A stretch of 26,759 bases of DNA, from the NCBI GenBank assembly GCA_043806595.1, contig JAZDGU010000001.1, forward strand, positions 1-26,759. The letters run 5' to 3'. The DNA is from Candidatus Micrarchaeota archaeon (GTDB lineage: Archaea > Micrarchaeota > Micrarchaeia > Norongarragalinales > SBBD01). Every line of letters starts with the position of its first letter. Position 1 is the stretch's first letter. The notes under the pieces were generated by a model, which saw only the letters and a list, made by a program, of their open reading frames with translations, was not told the origin of the DNA and ran no database searches. Position numbers and translations under genes: made by a program. Positions 1-6,141 of this stretch are shown piece after piece.

Positions 1-249
1 CATTCGGTAGGGGAGTTGGTGCGCGTGCCATACTGCTTGCAGTTGGATGAGCGAGTTCGGGTACTCGAACGGCCGGCCGGTTTTGCCGGCGTTCATGCCG
101 GCTAGTTCGGCATCCCATTGCTAGACCCATTTCAGGTCTAGCCAGTACTCGCCACGCTTGACCAGTTGACGGTTGTAAACGGGCCAAACGCGGTTGTCCT
201 TGAATTTCTTGCCCCACCTTTTCTGGATTTTCTGCTTAGGCCGCCTCAT
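1..249 (-). pseudogene. IS5-family (IS903-group-like) transposase, N-terminal part running off the window, with an in-frame TAG at codon 43 (123..121)
   Basis: Manual translation from ATG at 249: MRRPKQKIQKRWGKKFKDNRVWPVYNRQLVKRGEYWLDLKWV*QWDAELAGMNAGKTGRPFEYPNSLIQ... The W.xYN..LVKRG and MN.GK.GRPF.YP motifs are typical of archaeal IS5-type transposase N-termini. It is absent from the ORF track because of the stop. Confidence 0.85.
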
Positions 250-259
250 AACACCACCA

Positions 260-284
260 GTTACTAGGATTTATTCTTAGTAAC
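260..284. repeat. Imperfect inverted repeat between the divergent transposase and small ORF
   Basis: GTTACTAGGA-TTTAT-TCTTAGTAAC, adjacent to the TATA-like TTTATAAA (286..293). Confidence 0.6.
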
Positions 285-316
285 ATTTATAAATATGAGT
301 GGGATATAATTAGTTC

Positions 317-574
317 ATGAAAATAATGGTTCTTTACGACTTGAACGACAAGTCGCATGCCGAGCAATCGCGAATTCTTCGTGAACTGTTCGGCTTCACG
401 GATAAGAGCAATAACGGAAGGTACGAGTATGAGCGGCCAGGTTTGTTATCTAAAATTCGATTTGAACGAAAAACAAAAACGGCGTTGGTAATTGAGAAAA
501 AGAACGGCCGGCAGGTCGTTCAAGCGTTAATAAAAGCAGGAATAATATCAATCATCACGGTTGCCTTGAAATAA
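317..574 (+). CDS. Small basic protein, possible Cas2/VapD-like ferredoxin fold
   Basis: 85 aa; N-terminal strand MKIMVLYDL resembles the Cas2 (V/I)xYD(I/L) motif; TATA box ~25 bp upstream, consistent with a leaderless start. The fold assignment is inference. Confidence 0.65.
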   Translation: MKIMVLYDLNDKSHAEQSRILRELFGFTDKSNNGRYEYERPGLLSKIRFERKTKTALVIEKKNGRQVVQALIKAGIISIITVALK

Positions 575-668
575 ATTGGGTTATGCAACACAGCATTCGG
601 CCTGGTTAAAGGCACTCGCCCCTATTACCACGAAATGGTTTTTAAAACACCCCCGGCGTCCTCTTGGC

Positions 669-2690
669 ATGAGGAACGACAGAAGACGGCTTTACGGCAT
701 GTACGCGTTCGCGTTCGTCCTGCTTGTTGCCTCCTTGACGGTGCTGCCATACGCATCCGCCCCCGGGCTGCCCGCGAGCGACCTTGTTTATGACACGCCG
801 GCGCACGCCTACCGTCTCTGGTTCGTCAAGCAGGAGCTCGCCGGACGCTTCTCGCTGCCGTTGTGGACCTCCGATTGGTACGGCGGCATGCCGTTCCTGG
901 AACTCTATCCGCCGTTGAGCGCATTTGCCCTTTCGTGGATTGGCTTATTCTTCGACCCGGCGGCGGCAATCAGGATAGCGCTGGCGTTGGCGCACATCCT
1001 TTCGGTTGCCGCGTTCTACTTCCTTGCGCTCCGGCTGTTTAAGGGCGACTTGAAACTGGTGGCAGGCTCGTGCATGCTTTTCGCCGTCTTTCCCTACCTG
1101 CTGTTCGAAGTGTACCCCCGGGGCGGGCTCGCCGAGGCCGCACTCGTCGCAATTGCCCCTGCGGCCTTCCTCGCATACGAGAAGGCCGTGGCATTCGGTG
1201 GATTGAAATGGCGCGCGACATTCGGCCTTGCAATAGGGCTGGGCTTGCTGTCGCACACCGTAATGGGGGCGGTGCTCGCATTTTGCATAATCCTTCTTGC
1301 GGCGTTGGACTGGTCAAGGATCCCAAAACAGGTGTTGGCGCTGGCACCGTTCTTCGCGCTCGGCGTGCTGGCCGTGAGTTTCAATGCCGTGTCCGCAGTT
1401 GGACTACTCCCCGAAATCCGCTTTGACGCTGCCACCGCGCCGCCGTTTGTGCCTATGGATATCGCACCGCTGGCGCAAAGGGAGTACCAGAACCCGATGT
1501 ATCTCGGCTGGCTTGCCTCCGCGGGGTTCGTTCTAGGGTTGTTTGCGTTAAGGAACGACGCTTTCGGGGTGCGCAAGTACGGGATGCTTGCCGTTGCGCT
1601 GCTTGCAGCAGGGTTCTCGCTTCACTTGTACGCCCCCCAGATCGTGCTGGCTTCGGTGCAGTTCGCATTCAGGCTGTTCTGCCTGTTCTCGGTCCCGTTC
1701 TGCCTCGTCGCGGCAACCGGATTCAAACATGCGGCGGGACGCGCCGACGCCGTTGCCAGGGGATTCAAGGCGTTCAAGGGCCTTCGCTTAAGCGGCATCA
1801 TTTTTTTCGGTCTGGCCGCAGCCGCAGCCGTCGACTTCTCTGCCTTCCTGCCAGTCGGCGACGCGGAAGGAATCCCGCCCGGCCTGCTGCACGCCTATGC
1901 GGGTTTATCGGAGGAACCCGGATTTTTCCGCGTTTCGGACCAGAATTTCCTTCCCTTCGGCGTCTCGCCGGTTTTCCATTCGCACGCTGTAGTCGGGGGA
2001 GGGCTCTTCGAGGGCGGGCAGAAGCTGTCTTTCGGCGTCATGGCTTCGCTGTCGGAAAAGGTCGGGCGCGGAACGGGACAGGAGGCGAACGCGTCGTTGA
2101 GGCTGCTGGGCATGGCATCGGTCAAATACGTCGCAGTCGACTTCAGGTTCGTGTTGCCCGCACTCACGGAGAAGGAATGCGGCAGGGGCTATTGCCTGTA
2201 TGAGAACAAGTTCTTCCAGCATCACGTGCGGCTGGTGTCTTCGGTTGCGGCCGTCAGCCCGAGGCTGAAGGAAGGGCGCTTCAAGGATTTGCTGCTAAAT
2301 CGCATTCTGGCGGCCGGGGCCGCAGAAAAAACGCCGGTATTCTCCGAGGCGCCTTTACCGGATTATGGAACAGAACCGGGTGCTGTTGTGCATGTTTTTG
2401 ATGAGAGACCGGGATATTTCAGGCTTAGGGTGGACGGAATTCCCGCTGGTGAAAAGAGGTATCTGGTGATTTCGGAATCTTATTTCAGCGGATGGAACGC
2501 CCGCTTGGACGGAACAGTTGTCCCCATATTGGAGGGGGTTCCGGCGATGATGGCGATTCCGGTTTCCAACGGCGAACTGTTCCTGGAATACGGCTTGGGC
2601 ATGGCCCCTGCGGCTGCGCTCGCGGTCACTTTGCTGTCGCTGGCGGTGCTTGCGGGGGCGCTCGTCCTCGGGCTGATGCGCCGGAAATAA
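669..2690 (+). CDS. Multi-pass membrane protein, GT-C-like glycosyltransferase (6-pyruvoyl-tetrahydropterin synthase-related/YfhO-like family)
   Basis: Motifs DTPAH, LWTSDWYGGMPFLELYPPL, VYPRGGLAE, MYLGW, QFAFR, and a C-terminal YfhO-like SESYFSGWNARLDG. Start moved to ATG 669, which follows TTTTAAAA at ~640..647. Confidence 0.8.
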   Translation: MRNDRRRLYGMYAFAFVLLVASLTVLPYASAPGLPASDLVYDTPAHAYRLWFVKQELAGRFSLPLWTSDWYGGMPFLELYPPLSAFALSWIGLFFDPAAAIRIALALAHILSVAAFYFLALRLFKGDLKLVAGSCMLFAVFPYLLFEVYPRGGLAEAALVAIAPAAFLAYEKAVAFGGLKWRATFGLAIGLGLLSHTVMGAVLAFCIILLAALDWSRIPKQVLALAPFFALGVLAVSFNAVSAVGLLPEIRFDAATAPPFVPMDIAPLAQREYQNPMYLGWLASAGFVLGLFALRNDAFGVRKYGMLAVALLAAGFSLHLYAPQIVLASVQFAFRLFCLFSVPFCLVAATGFKHAAGRADAVARGFKAFKGLRLSGIIFFGLAAAAAVDFSAFLPVGDAEGIPPGLLHAYAGLSEEPGFFRVSDQNFLPFGVSPVFHSHAVVGGGLFEGGQKLSFGVMASLSEKVGRGTGQEANASLRLLGMASVKYVAVDFRFVLPALTEKECGRGYCLYENKFFQHHVRLVSSVAAVSPRLKEGRFKDLLLNRILAAGAAEKTPVFSEAPLPDYGTEPGAVVHVFDERPGYFRLRVDGIPAGEKRYLVISESYFSGWNARLDGTVVPILEGVPAMMAIPVSNGELFLEYGLGMAPAAALAVTLLSLAVLAGALVLGLMRRK

Positions 2691-2706
2691 TTCGGCGTCC
2701 GGGCCG

Positions 2707-4896
2707 CTACTTCTCGAGGAAGTCCTTCGCCGTCGGCGGCGTCTCGGGCTCGCCCTTGCGCTTGCGTATCTGCAGGATGGTCTTGGCCTGCATGTCCGCG
2801 GACAGCCGTTCGTAGCCGGCGTACTCGTAATACCACACGGCCCTGCCCTGCGTCGAGCTCCGGATTTCGTTGGCGAAGCCGAACATCTCGGCAACCGGGA
2901 TCTTGGCCTTGACGGCGACCGCCTCGCCCTCCTGTTCGATGCTCACAATCTGCCCGCGCCTTCCCTGTATCTTGATAGTGATGTTGCTCAGGTAGTCCGC
3001 GGGGGCGTTCACGAAAAGGAACTGCTTGGGCTCCAGCAACGCACAGCCGGCCATCAGCATTCCCGCATACATCGGGTGCTTGAGCGCGGGGAAGACCTGC
3101 GCCGGCCCTCGGTGCGCGGGGTCGACGTGGATGGTCGCGTCCGTGAGGACGACCTTGACGCCGATTGCCTTCTCCTTGGCCAGCGGGCCCTCGTCGATGG
3201 CCTCCTCGAAGGCCTTGACGAGCGACTCCTTGATGTCCTGCAGGTACTGCACGCCCTTGGTCATGTCCAGGAAGATGTTCTCGGTGTAGACGTCCATGAC
3301 GCTGCGCGCCTCGTCTCGCGGCAGTCCGGCATCGATGAGCAGGTTCTGGAGCTCCTTGCCCTTCTTGTGCTCGTCGATGGTTCCATCACGCATCGCCTTG
3401 AGCACGCCTTCCTCGAGGGGCTCTACGAAGAGCTTGAACTTGTTGTGCTTGTTCGGGGACTTGCCTTCGAGCTCCGGCGATTCGCCGAAGACCGACTCGT
3501 GGTAGACGACTATGGGCTGCGAGGTGACGATGTCCACGCCGCGCTCGTTCCGTATCTTGTATTCGATGATTTCGAGGTGGAGCTCGCCCATTCCGCTGAG
3601 CAGGTGCTCGCCCGTGTCCTGGTTGATGCTCAGCTTGATCGTCGGGTCCTCCTTTGCGAGCTTCTTGAGCACTTCGACGAGCTTGACGAGGTCCTTGGGG
3701 TTCTTCGCCTCTATGCTCTTCGTGACCACGGGCACGCTGTGGTGCTTGATGGCTTCGAAAGGCGCTATCTCCTCGGAGGAGACGGTCTCTCCGCTGTAGA
3801 CCTCCTTCATGCCTACGAGCGCCACAATATTGCCCGAGGGCACCTCATCGACCATGATGCGGTCGGGGCCCATGTAAACGCAGACCTGCTGCAGCTTCTC
3901 GGTCTTGAACTGGGAAGCGAGGTAGAGCTCCGTGCCCTTGTACAGGGTGCCGGAGTAGAGGCGGCCGACCGCGACCTCGCCTGCATGCGGGTCCACCTGC
4001 ACCGCGGTTACCATGAAGCATGCCTTGCCCTTGGGGTCGCACTCGAGCATGGCCTTGCCCTCCGCAGAATTGGGGTCGCCGTGCCAGATGACCGGAATCC
4101 GGTACTTCTGCGCGGTGAGCGGGTTGGGCAGGTGCGTGATGAGCATGTCCATGATGACCTCGCCGAGGGGCATCTTCTGCTGGAGCTCCTTGAGCTTGCC
4201 TTCGGCGCAGCCGTTGTAGATGTCCTTGAACGTGATGCCGGCCTTCTTCATCTGCTTGCCGGAAATAGCCCACTTGCTGTACGCCGAACCGAACGCGACA
4301 TTCCCCTTCATTACGTCAATCTGCCACTTCTCCCTCACGTCCTCCGTGCCGAAATCCTTGATGAGCTTGTTGACGCCCGCGATTATCTTGAGGAAGCGCT
4401 GCTGCATGCCGTTGCTGTCGAGCTTGAGCTCGTTGATCAGGCGGTCTATCTTGTTGATGAACAGCACGGGCTTGACCTTCTCCTTCAGCGCCTGGCGGAG
4501 CACGGTCTCGGTCTGGGGCATGACGCCCTCAACGCAATCGATGACGAGCACGACGCCGTCCACGGCGCGCATGGCCCGCGTAACGTGCCCTCCGAAGTCG
4601 ACGTGGCCCGGCGTGTCGATCAGATTGATGAGATAGGGGTGGCCCTCGTAGTTGTAGGGAATGCTGATGTTTGCCGCCTTTATGGTGATGCCGCGCGCCT
4701 GCTCCTGCTCGTCGTAGTCGAGAACGCGCTGCTCGCCGGCAAGCTCCTGCGAGATGACGCCGGCCAAGGCCACTAGACTGTCGCTAAGCGTAGTTTTCCC
4801 GTGGTCGACATGTGCGACGATTCCGATGTTGCGGATGTTCTCGCGGTTGCCGAACAGTTTTGCAACCTCCATGACTACGTTTTCCTTCCTTGCCAT
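2707..4896 (-). CDS. fusA: Archaeal translation elongation factor 2 (aEF-2)
   Basis: G1 AHVDHGKTT, RGITI, DTPGHVDF, NKID; diphthamide loop IHVDPAHRGPAQ; 729 aa. Confidence 0.98.
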   Translation of the reverse strand: MARKENVVMEVAKLFGNRENIRNIGIVAHVDHGKTTLSDSLVALAGVISQELAGEQRVLDYDEQEQARGITIKAANISIPYNYEGHPYLINLIDTPGHVDFGGHVTRAMRAVDGVVLVIDCVEGVMPQTETVLRQALKEKVKPVLFINKIDRLINELKLDSNGMQQRFLKIIAGVNKLIKDFGTEDVREKWQIDVMKGNVAFGSAYSKWAISGKQMKKAGITFKDIYNGCAEGKLKELQQKMPLGEVIMDMLITHLPNPLTAQKYRIPVIWHGDPNSAEGKAMLECDPKGKACFMVTAVQVDPHAGEVAVGRLYSGTLYKGTELYLASQFKTEKLQQVCVYMGPDRIMVDEVPSGNIVALVGMKEVYSGETVSSEEIAPFEAIKHHSVPVVTKSIEAKNPKDLVKLVEVLKKLAKEDPTIKLSINQDTGEHLLSGMGELHLEIIEYKIRNERGVDIVTSQPIVVYHESVFGESPELEGKSPNKHNKFKLFVEPLEEGVLKAMRDGTIDEHKKGKELQNLLIDAGLPRDEARSVMDVYTENIFLDMTKGVQYLQDIKESLVKAFEEAIDEGPLAKEKAIGVKVVLTDATIHVDPAHRGPAQVFPALKHPMYAGMLMAGCALLEPKQFLFVNAPADYLSNITIKIQGRRGQIVSIEQEGEAVAVKAKIPVAEMFGFANEIRSSTQGRAVWYYEYAGYERLSADMQAKTILQIRKRKGEPETPPTAKDFLEK

Positions 4897-5006
4897 CGAA
4901 ACACACCATTACAAGCGCATGCAATCCAGGCCACTGCAGGTATAAGCTCATTCGCAGACAAGCGGGCGTGCAGAATCAGCCTGACGCTAATACGACGCGC
5001 CCAAGA

Positions 5007-5021
5007 TTTTTAAACGTTATT
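5007..5021 (-). promoter_or_regulatory. Probable aEF-2 promoter (TATA TTTAAAAA)
   Basis: Minus strand reads AATAACG-TTTAAAAA about 110 nt upstream of the aEF-2 ATG; GGTGTG SD-like sequence just before the ATG. Confidence 0.55.
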
Positions 5022-5059
5022 TCCGGCCGGAAGTCCAAGCAATGGCTAAGGGGTACAAG

Positions 5060-5288
5060 AAAAACAAAGGGATGAGAATCGTGCGGGCGTTTTTGCGGCG
5101 AAAGGCGTGAACTGCAGCAGTTCGGCTGGCACGAACGACCCTTTCTCCGGAGAACGGTTCCAACCCGCAAGCCCGAGAGCCATCAAAAACAGGCAAGCTG
5201 TCCGAAGGCCTACGGGACATGCGGAGCAAGAACCATGCCGCAAAAACCGTTTACACTCTCATTCCTCTGTGAAAATTGGGTTAACACC
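5060..5288 (-). ncRNA. Candidate structured non-coding RNA closed by a long stem with a bulge-helix-bulge/loop motif
   Basis: 5064..5099 is complementary to 5237..5270, including perfect GTTTTTGCGGC/GCCGCAAAAAC. BRE-TATA lies upstream (5306..5320) and a T-tract downstream (5057..5068 on the minus strand). No credible ORF. Confidence 0.6.
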
Positions 5289-5305
5289 CGAAAACTCAAA
5301 ACTAG

Positions 5306-5320
5306 TATATATACCTTTCC
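5306..5320 (-). promoter_or_regulatory. Strong archaeal BRE-TATA promoter
   Basis: Minus strand GGAAAGG-TATATATA: purine-rich BRE immediately 5' of TATA, pointing at the structured region. Confidence 0.75.
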
Positions 5321-5358
5321 CCGGTTTTCAGACGCACCAGCGGCAGGCGCCGTCTTTC

Positions 5359-6123
5359 TCATTCAACCGAATAGCTGACGCGCGTTTTTCCGCCCTTGAC
5401 CGCAATCTTGGCAATCGTTAGACGATCAATTTCCTTGACATCCTTGACGTGCGTGCCGCCGCACGGGCAGCCGTAACCCTCCCCGACGAACACTACGCGC
5501 ACGGGCGCGCCTGCGGGCATGGCATTGACGTACTCCGGGCAGAACCCGCACAACCCGCCGACTTCCTCCTTCGTCGCATTTACGATGCGGACGGCATATC
5601 CCGCGGCAATCAGACGGTCGGTCTCATTCTCCAAATCCGCCCGGATTTTTTCGCGTTCGCCTTCCGGAATGATTCCTTCGTATTCCACGTACGCGCCAAC
5701 GGGGTAGTGGTAGCCCTTGCCCGGCAGCATGAAGCGGCCGATGTTCCTCAGCGCCGCATCCATCAAGTGTCCGGCAGTATGCAGCCTGCTGTTCAGCATC
5801 CGCCTCGCTGCGTCGACATGAACGACCACTTCCGCGCCGGCGGGAAAAACCCCGCGCTTGAATGCCCCGATGTGGTGCACGATTCCGCCCTCCCTCATCC
5901 TGACCTCGAGGACTTCAAACGCAGCAGTGCCATCCGAAAGTGCGATTTCACCGGTGTCGAAGGGCTGGCCGCCGCCCTGCGGGTAGAATATGGTGCGGTC
6001 GAGGACGATCGCGGTCTTTCCCCCGTCCGCGGACTCGACGGCCTGCACCTGCGCGGTGCCTTCTACGGAATGCATGTCTTCCAGGTAGAGCAATGATGTC
6101 GGAAGATGTGCCATGGCAATCAT
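5359..6123 (-). CDS. alaX: AlaX (AlaX-M-type) trans-editing Ser/Gly-tRNA(Ala) deacylase
   Basis: LDRTIFYPQGGGQP, Zn ligands RLHTAGH (HxxxH) and CGGTH (CxxxH); start may be Met1 or Met4. Confidence 0.92.
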   Translation of the reverse strand: MIAMAHLPTSLLYLEDMHSVEGTAQVQAVESADGGKTAIVLDRTIFYPQGGGQPFDTGEIALSDGTAAFEVLEVRMREGGIVHHIGAFKRGVFPAGAEVVVHVDAARRMLNSRLHTAGHLMDAALRNIGRFMLPGKGYHYPVGAYVEYEGIIPEGEREKIRADLENETDRLIAAGYAVRIVNATKEEVGGLCGFCPEYVNAMPAGAPVRVVFVGEGYGCPCGGTHVKDVKEIDRLTIAKIAVKGGKTRVSYSVE

Positions 6124-6141
6124 GGGAGGAGGGGGGTTGGG

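Larger units (their letters stand above)
1..594 (-). mobile_element. End of an IS5-family insertion sequence; candidate terminal inverted repeat at 578..594
   Basis: Reverse complement of 578..594 is GCTGTGTTGCATAACCC, which resembles IS903-group ends (GGCTTTGTTGAATAA). The segment 260..590 is AT-rich compared with the chromosome. The other end is outside the window. Confidence 0.6.

Noticed and set aside
121..123. Genome-wide TAG recoding (pyrrolysine or alternative code)
   Set aside because: Conserved genes (aEF-2, alaS, nnrD, relE) end at TAG at their expected C-termini, and no pyl genes are in the window.
317..574. CRISPR-Cas locus suggested by the Cas2-like ORF
   Set aside because: No repeat-spacer array or other cas genes anywhere in the window.
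576..668. N-terminal extensions given by the ORF track (also 13889..14272, 15836..16570, 18186..18935)
   Set aside because: They overlap an IS end, promoters or other genes; downstream ATGs fit the family N-termini or operon spacing better.
3076..4776. 566-aa plus-strand ORF
   Set aside because: Antisense shadow of aEF-2 caused by GC-biased codon usage; no motifs.
5064..5270. Identification of the structured region as 5S rRNA, SRP RNA, RNase P RNA or C/D sRNA
   Set aside because: By eye there is no 5S loop C (CCCAUCCCGAAC), no correctly spaced SRP helix 8 (CAGG-N3-GNRA-N3-AGCA), no RNase P P4 pair and no canonical C/D boxes. A divergent or permuted form is not excluded.
4976..5421. Short ORFs (61-104 aa) between aEF-2 and alaX
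   Set aside because: No protein-like composition and no well-placed start; the region is better explained by RNA structure.
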